A stretch of 64,000 nt of DNA from Epiperipatus broadwayi (lineage: Eukaryota; Animalia; Onychophora): assembly GCA_028023455.1 (NCBI GenBank), contig JAQFVV010000003.1:29450001-29514000 (forward strand), given 5' to 3'. Every line of letters starts with the position of its first letter. Position 1 is the stretch's first letter. The translations under genes and the position numbers were made by a program. Shown here in pieces: positions 1 to 11,869 of the stretch. A model generated the notes under the pieces. The model ran no database searches, was not told the DNA's origin, and worked only from the letters and a program-made list of their open reading frames with translations.

Positions 1-49
1 CCCTGAGTAATAGATTTTGTTTACATGTAGTAAAAAGAAAAGAAAGATA

Positions 50-212
50 TGTATAATTTTTTTTTCTTCCCCAGATTTTGCCTGTAGTGTATGAACGTGT
101 ATATATATAGTATAATTTTTTTCTCTTCCCAGAGATTGACCTTCCAAACATGGGATTTTGATTAATAAACCCACATACAAGTATACTTTCTCTGTTCCCC
201 AGATTTTGGTTT
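50..212 (+). repeat. Three degenerate ~60-70 bp repeats, each ending in a polypyrimidine tract plus CCCAG(ATTTTG)
   Basis: tttttcttccccagattttg (~61-80), ttctcttcccagagattg (~121-138), ctctgttccccagattttgg (~190-209). Confidence 0.6.
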
Positions 213-237
213 AAAATAATTCCAAGATCTTATTCAG

Positions 238-803
238 TTAGAAATGTATTTTAAAATAAATACATTCACGATATACGTATATATGTTATTTTTTAGTAAC
301 CTGATATGATAGGTGAAGACCCTTAATAAGTTAAAAATGTATTTTAAAACAAATATGCTCGCAATATATATATATATTTACTGAGTTAACAAAATGTATT
401 TTAAAACAAATACGCTTGCAATATATATATATTATTTTTTTTAGTAACCTGATACGATAGGTGAAGACCCTTAATGAGTTAAAAATGTATTTTAAAACAA
501 ATACGCTTGCAATAGATATATGTATTTCTTTTTGGTAACCTGATATGATAGGTGAAGATCCTTTTACTGAGTTAAAATGTATTTTAAAACAAATACGTCT
601 CGCAATATATATAATTACTGAATTAAAATGTATTTTAAAACAAATATGCTCGCAATATATATACTTTATTTTTTTTAGTAACCTGATACGATAGGTGAAG
701 ACCCTTTTTATAATTATAAATGTATGTTAAAACAAATACACTCACAATATACGTATATAATGTAATTTTTTTAGTAACCTGATATGATAGGTGAAGACCC
801 TCT
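238..803. repeat. Bipartite minisatellite (~90 bp unit; one ~45-50 bp module occurs more often)
   Basis: Five copies of TAGTAACCTGATAYGATAGGTGAAGACCC (~295, 443, 534, 677, 773) and about seven copies of AAATGTATTTTAAAACAAATAYRCTYGCAATATA. Confidence 0.9.
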
Positions 804-1000
804 TAGATACTTGTATTTTTCAAAATAAGTTAGTCACTTGAAAGAATAAGTAAAGAACTTATGAAATATATAGATTTGTTATATCATTTATATGTGAATC
901 AAGAAATGAAATTTTCAAATAAGTCATAAACCAAAACATGACCCAATAGGATATTTTGTGTGTGTGTGTGCGGACTTGAGTGATCCATTGTGACTTATGG

Positions 1001-2600
1001 GATCTCACCTTGTTGGCTGGCGCCCTTATAAATAAATTTTGTCAACAAAGAGTGATCATCGATAGCCGCTCCAATATCTGAAAAAACAACTAGTACAGTA
1101 TAGGAAGTCTTGAAATGATAAAAAAAAAACTGAAATAAATGAAGTAAAGTGATGTTAAATAAATATGTTTGTATATAACTAATCTAAAATGTATTCAGTT
1201 AGTTTCAGAAACCAGAGGGCAGCCAGGTGAAAATTTTTTTTTCTTCTCAAGTAGACAGGTCAACTAGAAATTTAAGCACAAAAATAAAAGAGAAAGCAGA
1301 GCAAAACAGGGCAGATACTGCTTAGATAGATTATATGTGGGACTTTGGGGGTTGGGCAGGTTATATTCTATGTATTATATTTACTAAGCAAATAAAAGAT
1401 TTCAAACAAAGCGAAAATGGAAGAGGATATGCACAAGATATTAGTGGACCAGGAGGACAATGAGCCAGAAAAAGAATCAGAGGAATCAGAAGAAGGGAGT
1501 GATGAGATAGTCTTCAAGAGACTCAGAGAGAAGGGTCAAGGAAGGAGCCCAGTGGTACAGAGAAGCAGAGATCATTGAGAGGAGAATAGCATGATGAAGA
1601 ACTTTATAAAGGAAATGAAGGAGAGACAGATGATGCTGCAAAGTTTTATCTCCAAAAATGGGAGACGATTAGCGGAGATTGAATATCCAGGAGCACCGCG
1701 GTATGAAAGAAGCAATGGAGGTACGACCGAAGGAGATAGCCTACAACCAACAGATGGGAGATCAAGACAAATAAGAGAATGGAGAACCAAGAGTGAAGAT
1801 AGAATGTCAACATCCATTAATGAGAGAAAATGAATATCGCAATGCTATAACTATTAGTAAACCGGTAGGTAGTGAGCAGCAGAACAATGAATAGAAACAA
1901 CAACCCATCCCTGTGATGGTCGCCCAAAGAACATCACCGATGCTGCCATTCATTCATATATAAGATTTTAGAAGAGAACTGGATGGAAGTCCAATAGATC
2001 ATTTAGAGAGTCTGCAGGAAACTTTCTATTTTCACCAAGTGAATGAAAAGGAAAAAGTAGTGACCGCCAGTCATCACTTAAGGGCAGCCGCCATAGATTG
2101 GTGGAAATCATTAAGTCGACCATCAACGATACTGAAGAATACAAGAAAGCATTGATGCAGACATATTGGCATGAGGAGCACCAGGAGGGCATACTGCACA
2201 AAGTCACAAATGAAAAATATCAACATGATCGTAGGGAGACCCCTACACAGTTTTGTCTGCATCAGTTGACAAAAATAAGGTCTCTATCAGTATTTAAATA
2301 TTCAGAAACTCATGTAATCAGGGTCATATGTCATAATATGCCACCCTGGATTCAAAAGATCATGCTAGGAAGTCAGATCATGACAATTGAGGGGATGACC
2401 CATCTGCTGACATCCATAGATGATGGAAATTTGACAGATGATCCAGGAGACCAAGAAGTGGACTTGAACTAGAAATAGAACTTGAACTAGGAAAATGAGT
2501 TTGGATAACCCAGACAAATAGTATAGGAACATTAGATAGAGTAGTGAGTAGAAAGTTTGGGGAAAGTAGAAGACAAATGAAATAAGGTAGAACAAACTAC
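1001..2600 (+). mobile_element. Ty3/Gypsy gag remnant with possible PBS (TGGCGCCC at 1018-1025); frameshifted, no pol
   Basis: Frames read ..SPIDHLESLQETFYFHQVNEKEKVVTASHHLRAAAIDWWKSL.. and ..EEYKKALMQTYWHEEHQ..KYQ..FCLHQL..HNMPPWIQ, typical of retrotransposon gag capsid. An acidic/coiled N-terminal ORF lies at 1416-1833. Confidence 0.7.
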
Positions 2601-5600
2601 TTCAAACCTGGATGTTTTCTGTGTCCACCTGAAGCAAGTTCTTATTTTTTTTTTTGGTTATTTTTTTTTATTATATCATAAATAGAGGGAAATGAAGCAA
2701 TGGATCTGTAGGCCAGATCCACGCTTCACGTCTTTCTAGATTGCTAAACTAGGATAGAACCAGATCCACGCGTGCAACGATGTTTATAAAACTTTCCGTC
2801 TGCCATCTTGTATCTGTTCAATTTTTAGACCAGCTAATAAGTGAATAAAATATCAAAATTTTCTATTTAAAATTTTAATTGTAAATATCGGAGGGGCTCA
2901 TATATATATATATGCACAAATACATATATATATAATTACAGACAGAAACTTTTATAAAAATCAATAAATAAAATTTAATAATCTATTTTTTTAAAGTCAA
3001 AGTATTTTATTCTAGAGATTTACTTTCATGATAAACCCTGCTAACATTCTTTAGTGTAAAACAAAAGAAGGTTCATTAACAAAATAGTAATGGAATTTCT
3101 AATTAAACTAAAAGTAAAACAAAAAGACATTTGAAAGAAAAATTCTTCAAATCTACAATAAATTAAAAATAGATTTGAAACAATAAATTCATTGGGTTTA
3201 TCAGGAGAGTGGATCTTAAGAATACAATACAAAAATATTTTAGATCGATGATTACGGTCGCCGGAATTTTATATATCCACTTGGCCTTGGGCAAATGAAA
3301 AGGGATATTTCCAAAAAGTATTTTGAAAGGGTATAAATAGCTCATGAGAACAATAGGATTCAGCCAATCATAGATTTGTTCAGTCAGTGCATAGAAAATC
3401 CATGCCAGTTTAATTTTTAAATAAATATAGATATGTATAGAAGCATGATAGTGGGGTAACGGTCCTTAGCCTGCCCATTTCCCGTTGTCCCAAGAATGAT
3501 CACCAAAAAACCATAAGCCGGAGAAACTTCATCAAATGTTTAAATGTTGAACTGCCGAACTGTTGAACTCTTAAATCAAACTCATAGTTAGCTATGCCTG
3601 TGCAGAAATTATGATAGACCACTCCAAATTCGTATTTCATCGTGGACCTCAATTTCCAAAAAAGACTCAGAATAAATTAGGTAATATGTTTTTAATTGTT
3701 CATTTCTAATCGTGTGATTTATTCTTCAAATTCCAGTTGACCTTATAATGTAATTTTGCTACCTCTAAATGTCGTCTTAAATGAAATTCCCCTTAATTAA
3801 ATGTAAATGTTTTATTAACTAAACTCTGTCATCTTGACTTGCTATAAATTTAAATTTAATGTCTCTGCTCTAACTCTATCTGTCATAAAATTATGCCTAT
3901 ATTAATGCAAAACTTTTCTCTTAAAGCGGTTTAGAAAGATTATTATTATTTACTTCTGAATGTATCTGTTAAAGATTTATAAATGTCTGATTTAAAATGA
4001 TATCTATATGCCAATTTGTTCCATCTCGACAAAAGTTTTTAATTAAATAATTTTGCCTCCTATTTCCTGACCAATGTCTGTCAGTAAATAAATAATTCTT
4101 TGCTCTAAATGATTATTACTTGGAGCACCCTTTTGTCGAGGTGAAATAATTTCATTTTACTTTATATATTTTGAAAATATTTTCTGCATATACAGTTTAG
4201 TTTTGGGGGAGACGCTAGGTCAAGTGTGAAACTTTATTTTATATTATTTCATATTTAAAGAATGAAAAAGAGGGGGGGGGGTTAGAAAATTTCTTCTTGC
4301 TAAACAGTAAGAGAGAGTATAAAATGTTAAATTTAAAATATTGGTGGGATTTTGTTTTGAAGGAGAGACGTATCGCCCAGGAAAATGATATTCATAATAA
4401 TATTGAGGCTATTGTTGTGTTGATCCAATCTTGGTCAATCTGTATAATATCATTATAATCTTTCATGGCTCAGTACAATTTTCACATTTAATTTTAAAAT
4501 ATATTTTTCCAATATTTGTATTTTGCCTTGATAGAACTTTGCTTGATCACCTGTTTTGTCTTTGATTGCTAAGTCAGAATTATGACACGTGATATATTCA
4601 CAGGCTAAAAATTTCAGTCAGGATATGAAAGACGAAATTGGGAAAACTCAGAGCAAGCTGAGCTTAGCAAGCCTTGGTGATTCCCATCCTTTCACCTGAA
4701 ATATCTTGAGGTTTGCTAATTGCGCAGACCATTCGTCTTTATTTCTTGGCATCACTAGAACGGGGCAGGAGAATTGAGTTTGCGCTGGTTATGTAATGTC
4801 AAATGCTGGGTCTGATTAATTTCTTTTGTTTCTGAGCACATCATGGCGGGTTGATGATGATCTGATCATATTATTTATGTTTTACTATTAGTGAAGTATT
4901 TAGTTGCAAACATCGCGATCCATTTACATTTAAACGTGTCACTCTCTTTGAAGCCAATTCCTAAAATATGATCAAATTATTTCTCTCTTAGAATAAATTT
5001 TACTTACATTAAAGATACTCAAAATATGGCTGTTTAAAATATTTGTTTTTTTTATATCACATACTTCAGTGGCGTCTACTATAGAACTCTAATCGTTTTA
5101 TCTGTTTAAATTGGCATAAAAACTATACCGCTCCCTTACATGAGGCATAATGAGTGACATGATCGAAATTGATGTTAACAAACAATGAAATAAATCAGTG
5201 AGACATTAAAGAATTATAGAGATGTTTTTATTAAATATATATGAATTTAATCTACCTGTGGTTCGTTTCCATTAATTTTATTTTAAAATTAGCGTTTCTA
5301 TTTAATTATTGCGCTGCTATCTCATGACTCAAGGTCACACACATAACATTCCTATATTTAAGTTCATGAATAGGTGTAATTAGAATAAATGTCAGAGTTA
5401 AACGTTAGAATTAGTCGAGGCTCATGTTCAACCACTGATGCTGCCGGCCGGAGTGTAGAGAAGATTAATTGCTTGCCTCGAAAATGTTAATTAGTTGGTA
5501 GATTTAGAGAGTGAGAAAACAGGGCAGAATCCATAAATAATCTTCATCTTTGATCTTGCGTATGATTAGATTCGAGGTACTTTTATCCAGGCTGTGAATC

Positions 5601-7059
5601 ATGTTGAGTTAACATACAATTTCGACCGGTACAATATAGTAACTTAGACATCTTAACTGTCCTAAAAATGATCGGTTAGGACAATAACAAAACAATTATT
5701 TTTTAATACAACTACAAAAAAAAAAAAAAAAGAAAATATATAGTGGAGCCACAATATATAAAAAGTTTTATCCCAAGCTCTCCTCATATACACTGCATAA
5801 AATAACTCATATTTAGTTGATAACTCGGATTAGAATAGAATATATATTGTTTATTGAACTGCAAATGAGAAGTACTTTTCAACATACACTAATATATAAC
5901 ATGCTTTTTTTATATGTATAGTATGCATATGTAAATTAAGATTATAGTATAAACAAAATTTTAAAAATAATAATATATTATTAACAATAAATTAAGGGGA
6001 TACATTTACATATATTTTACTACTTGTGTGTGTTAAAAAATTCATTCGCTGAAAAAATAAGAATAAGAAAAACAGCTTGCTACTGCATATTTTTTTGCAT
6101 ATTTTTTTAAAAAAATGAATAGTGAAATGTCTGGCTTTCATTGTAATTAAACACTCTCAGGGCAATTTTTTTTTTTCCAATAACTTTTTTATAAAACTTT
6201 CAGCATTATGCTTAGAAAACATTTTATTACATGGAATACTGAACATCAACTTCAGAAAGAATAATAAAAGAAAAATAAACTGAAGAAATTTTAATAAACA
6301 TGATTGCAAAATGTTTTGAGACATAAAACAATTAATGGAAAAAAATTATTTACCTTTTACTTATCTTTAGTTCCCTGAGAACCCCTTTTTTTAGAATTTT
6401 CACTAGCAAATACTTATTTGCAGATTTAATAATGAAGAATTATCTCATATAAGTCATATTATATATCAATTTTTTAAAATGTTAAGAGGAATATGATGAA
6501 GCTATCTATAAAAATGTCATTTTAACATTTACCTTTTAAAATTTATAGAATTTGTGAACCTATGTAAAAATAAGCATTTTTAAAAGTGTTAAAAAAAATT
6601 TTTTTCTGAAAATTTTTTAAGATAATGATTATTTTTTCAGCTACATTACCTTCCTTCGTATTTACTCTTTCTAATAATGTATAAGTTTTTTTATTTACTA
6701 TATTCAAACTGAAGATATGTTACAAATTATATCTATTTGTAATTTTTTTTTAAAACATTCAAAATGGAAACATAGGAAAAAAAGAGTTACAAATTTTTTT
6801 ATTTTATTAAAAACAATTGCATGCAATGCACTGAGCTGGAAAAATAGCTACTCGCGTATCATAAAATATATTAATTTATATATTCTAATGTTTTTTTGTT
6901 TGTCTATTTACATATTTTGTTTATTAGTTTACATTTCTTATTGGATAGTATACAACTGAAATCATATATATTGATACAGCATAATCTACGACTTCATTGT
7001 AATTAAATTATTAATCTTAATACTAAATATACATTATGAGACGATAAACTTTACAAGAA

Positions 7060-7545
7060 CTATTTTTTTTAATGTCAATGAGCTATCCTCTCTGTCAGAT
7101 TGCTTTGCAAATATAAAATGAACCATTTTACACTTGCTTTCTCAGTTTTTATAAATAGCAAATCTGATAAATGATATTATTCAGTGTGAATTTCAAATTG
7201 AAATCAGACGTAAACACAACTTTTTTCAATACAACTAACTAATCATTTAAATTTCATAAAGAAGAGTTAATTTCTATTTATTTTAAAATCAAATATGAAA
7301 TAGATAATTATTAACATTGCTTCAAACTGTATGTAAAGGGTAGAGCTGTAAATTTTTCAAGTACTATTTTTTTTTTACACCAACGCACTGGTTTCTTTGT
7401 CAGAATGCCTTGCAAATACAAATGAAACAATTTACATTTGCTTTTAGTTCTTATAGAGATGGCAAATCTGACAAATGATATTATTCCAAGTAAACTTCAA
7501 ATTGAAAGCATATGTAAATACAGTCTTTTTCAACAGAAAATTATT
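7060..7545. repeat. Diverged direct duplication (~160-180 bp aligned, period ~305 bp)
   Basis: tgtcaga..gc.ttgcaaata.aa...gcaaatctga.aaatgatattatt...ttcaaattgaaa occurs at ~7095-7230 and ~7398-7535. Confidence 0.8.
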
Positions 7546-7599
7546 TTAATAATTCACATTTTAAATAAATACTAATTCTCTGTGGGATTTGATGCTTAA

Positions 7600-10500
7600 T
7601 GGAATGGCAAACTTTGGACCTCAAGATACAAAGATTGCAACCCAGCTTTGTCACTTCTGATGCCTGAACTTTTTATGACCTTCTAAACAATAAACTATTC
7701 AATCATTTTTCATCATTGATATATAACAAAAAGGCAAGTTTTTCTGTTAATATACCCTTTATACGTTCCATACACTAACTGTATCATTGAAAGACTAATG
7801 ATTTTAAAACTTGCCATCCACAATGATACTAAGGCTTATTTTATTAGTGTCTATGTTCTAATTTTAGATTCAGAGAATTCAGATAGCATTACAACGACGC
7901 TATTAAAAGATCAAATTTTTCTTCTTGGAGATTTTAGCGCATGTGCTAGTACAAATAATAGACATTTGTCAAAAGTTATTGGAAATAATGATATTGGGAC
8001 TGCAAATTTAAAGGGTTTATTTTAATGAATTTATGCATAATATAAATGGCCTCATTATTACAAAACTTTGTTCAAGCAGAAAAACCACGATAAAGAAATA
8101 AGGATGCATCTACACCCAAAACTTTGGCATTCAATAGATTGCATTATAATTAAGAATCAGAATACAAGAGAAATTCACATTATATAAGCACTTTTACAAG
8201 TTCAGATTGTTAGACAAATCATAGATTAGTATGCACCAAGATTAAAATATTTGCATCACAAAAAGGATACTATTCCAATTATATTCACAAAAAAATTGGT
8301 GTTTGTTCTCTAGAAGAATCTACTATATGTACTAAATTTCAACAGCTATTAAATATTGAAATCGCTAATTTGGATCTTCAGAATTGTTATATTACAGATG
8401 CATAAAATTCTCATAAGGAATGTATTATGGATACAAGTAAATCTACTCTTGGGTTCTTTAAAAAGAAGAATCATAATTGTTTTTCTGATCATGATCTTAT
8501 TATTAGTGATTTAATTAAAAGGAAATATGTGGCATTTTCTGCTTGGCAGAATAATAGATTAAATGTGAAACTTCATATTAAATCTAAAGATCTGAAGGCA
8601 GAAGTTCAATGACTGTCAATAAGACTTAAAAATGATTGGTGGATTAATTAAAACTGCAAAAAAAGATTCAGATATACATTTATCATGATCATTCTATATA
8701 TATATATTTTTTTTGATGTGTTGAATGCAATGTATGGGCTTGAGTATCAGTATCACAATCTTATTAAATCCAACAATGACACTCCCTTATATGATGACAC
8801 TGATATTTTGAATAGGTGGAAAAAATATTTTGATCATCTTTTGAATACTCTTTTATATGATGGCAATGATATTTTGAATAGGTGAAATGATCCAAGAATT
8901 GAGATAATGTTTTTTTAATGATATATTCATTTTATGTACTTATTTAGATTTAAAAAAAAATATCCAGCTTAATTTAAGTCAAAACAGCTCTTTGAAAACA
9001 TAAAAATGTAAACTATGAAATACCTAGAGAAGTTTAAAAATATGGCAGAGATATGTTAGCTCCAAAAATATTGGAGTTTTTTAGAAATATCTAGACCCAT
9101 GAAGGATGCTTTTATTATTCCAACTTTTTAAAAACAATGGTAATATATATAATTGCAGTAATTATCTTGGAATATCATTATTACTCATTATGGCAAAAGT
9201 ACTTTCAATATTTTGTTGAATAATTTGCTTCCAATTATAGATGAATAATTACCAGAGAAATATCAAGAATTTTTGTTGCCAAGTGAATCCAAAAAAAATA
9301 TTGGGAACAAAGCAGTAATTTTTATATTGCTTTTATTGATTTTTTCAGGACATTTAATTCAGTTAATAGGACAAGTCTATGGCATTGTTTTACATTAATT
9401 GGTTGATCATTAAAATTTATCCATATTACACAACCTCTATGCATAATGTAAGTGGAAAATAGATATGATTTTTGTTCCCAGGCAAATGCAAAAAAAGTGT
9501 TGGAACAAAGGAGTAGTTTATATATTGTTGCAAATTAGTTGATTGGTCATAAAATTTATCCATATTACACAGTGTCTATATATGACAGAAGTGAAAAATC
9601 TGAGACATTTGAAATGAAAACTGGTGTTAAATAAGATGTATACTTGCTCCAACATTGGTTTCATTTTTTATGTTAGTGATCTTTGGAATTATTTATAGGT
9701 GGCTTAATGAAACAGGAATCAAGATACAATACAGGTTGATTATGGAATTTTTAATTTAAAGCAATTAAAGGCAAAACAAAAACTTCATTTTCTTGAATTC
9801 TGGATTTAAAGTATGCTGATGATTGTGGTATTTTTCTCAGTTCAAAAGATAATTAACAGAATGTTTTTAATATTTTGACTGCAATTTATAAAGACCTTGG
9901 TTTATTAATTAATATTCAAAAAACTCAAGTTCTTTAGTCAGTGATGAAAACAAAACCCTTAGCAACTTTTAACTTGAATAGTTATCAACTTGAGAATGTA
10001 AATAAGTTTAAATACTATGGTAGTTTTATAAGTAGAAAAATGGACTTAGATGATGAGGTCCAACACAGACTGCAATGTATTGCTACTGCTTTTAACAAGT
10101 TAAAAGATAAAGTATTTCATCACATGGAAATAATTACTGCAACTAAGTTAGCTGTATATATTTGTTACTTCACATAATTTATTGTATGGACATAAAACTT
10201 GAACATCCTATTGTGACACTAAAAAAGCATTAGAAAAGTTTCATTTATGGATGCTCTGTAAAATTTTAAAAATAAAATTACAATATCATAATGCTGACCA
10301 ATATGTTCTCCAATTTACTGGATGTGATACTATAGAATTCACTATTGTAAAAATTACAGGTTTGTTGAATTGGACAAGTAAAATGAATGAACAACATAAG
10401 ATTTCCTAAAAAGAGTGTTTTACAGCTAACTTGAGCATAGATTTTATAAGAGAGGTAGACCCTGCCTACATCATAAAGATTATCTTGATGATATTGTAAA

Positions 10501-10760
10501 GAAGTGCAATGTCAATTGTTTCCATATGGAAGTGCATAGAATATATTGGAGAACTACAAGTTGGTGGCCTGGTGGTTGGCATGGCTGCCTTCCAAGCAGC
10601 TGACCCAGGTTCGCTTCCCGGTCAACACATTTGACATATAAAAAAAAAAGTTTTATGCTAAGAAACTAAAAGACATCATCACAAAATATCAAGCAAACAG
10701 AAAAATAAACCATTCATGATCTATATGTGGACATATTTGTGGTTCACAGATTATTGCAAA
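7600..10760 (+). mobile_element. Degenerate RTE-clade LINE (APE, RT and C-terminal Cys motif)
   Basis: SVY..FLLGDFSA..VIGNNDIGTAN endonuclease segment; LKYADD at ~9807-9824; LENVNKFKYYGS..DDEVQHRL; SICGHICGSQ at ~10720-10750. Many stops and frameshifts. Confidence 0.85.
10558..10629 (+). pseudogene. tRNA-Gly(TCC)-derived copy, probably a non-functional retrocopy inserted in the RTE 3' end
   Basis: 72-nt match to the recalled eukaryotic tRNA-Gly-TCC. Perfect anticodon stem GCTGC/GCAGC with TCC at 10591-10593. First two acceptor pairs are broken, the B-box reads GGTTCGCTTCC, and an A-tract follows. Confidence 0.85.
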
Positions 10761-11260
10761 ATTCATTTCTGGAATAAATTTTTTTTTCTCTCTCTTTTTA
10801 AGAGTTGGAATTATCTTACTCATTTATGACTGGCTATTTATCATTATTATTATTATTATTATACTAATTGTATTCTTAAATATGAATTTAACATAAAGTT
10901 TGTAATACTTTATTTTTTTGTTGTTGCTATTATACATAGACTAAAAATAATAGTTTATAATATTTGAAGCATGTCACATATTTTAATAAAAAGAATATAA
11001 TTAAAAAAGATTTTCTGGTGACAGTATATATATACTATTATAATTAAGTAAACTACCTTAATTTTATTACATTTACAATATGGTGGATAAGTTTCAATAG
11101 ATTGTTGAAGACATATTTAACCATCCCAAAAATAAATCTTTCACACCATTGATAAAAATATTTATTTTAAGGATTTTAAATTATTATTTGACATATAATT
11201 TGCATAATTATAAATATACATGAAATAAGTTTCCTATATTGAAAATATCTATATATTTAC

Positions 11261-11386
11261 CTTCCAACTTTTTCTAGTATGCAATATTGAATATCAGTCA
11301 ATTCTAATTTAGGATCAACTTCAGTTTCAAGCAATATCTGTGTTCTTATAGTTTGGCAAGCAACTATAACAAGTTTATCAGCCCAT
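11261..11386 (-). CDS. GTF3C1: GTF3C1 coding exon 4, (R)WADKLVIVACQTIRTQILLETEVDPKLELTDIQYCILEKVG(R); the gene continues downstream but the next exon was not found in the window
   Basis: 126 nt, attacag acceptor, GTAAAT donor, phase 2 to 2. Matches recalled human RWGKKLIIVASQ...DPDLKLPDFSYCILERLGR. Confidence 0.93.
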
Positions 11387-11869
11387 CTGTAATTAACATT
11401 ATAATAATAATCATTATTAAAAAATAATAATAATGACAATATTAATAATTAAACAGTTATAACAGTAACAATCAAATTCTCACATTTGATTTCTATAAGC
11501 AAATTAGCAAATAATTAATGCAAGCCATCCATGAAGCAAGTTCTGTTTTAAAAATTTTCTAAAAGAATTAACGCTCATTAAGAGTTTCATATCGTAGGAT
11601 TAACATATCAATTTTCATGCCCACGGCCTGTTTCAACTCCTGATAACTAGCAATTCTTATTTAAATAATAAAAAAACAACTCAATCATTATTTATTACAG
11701 ATAAACTTCTGAAGATATTAATTCTACTACTTCTCTAGGAAAAGCTGTTGGAAAAGTTTCTGCATGCCCTTGGCTTTAAAGTCTTTTACTTTTTATCTAA
11801 TAGTTATTACATTTAAAATGTTACTTCATAGCTACTTAAGCCAATAAACATCAGATGATCACCATTTCT

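Noticed and set aside
238-803. CRISPR-like repeat/spacer appearance
   Set aside because: The intervening sequences are themselves repeats, the context is a eukaryotic intron, and there are no cas genes.
2690-5700. Possible additional elements (CCAGATCCACGC repeat, TATA/CCAAT patch at ~3320-3370)
   Set aside because: No termini, TSD or recognisable translation could be established.
6650-6670. 21-nt candidate GTF3C1 microexon (R)KSKYEG
   Set aside because: The phase fits and it loosely resembles SRYxGE, but the acceptor is weak and similarity is too short to support.
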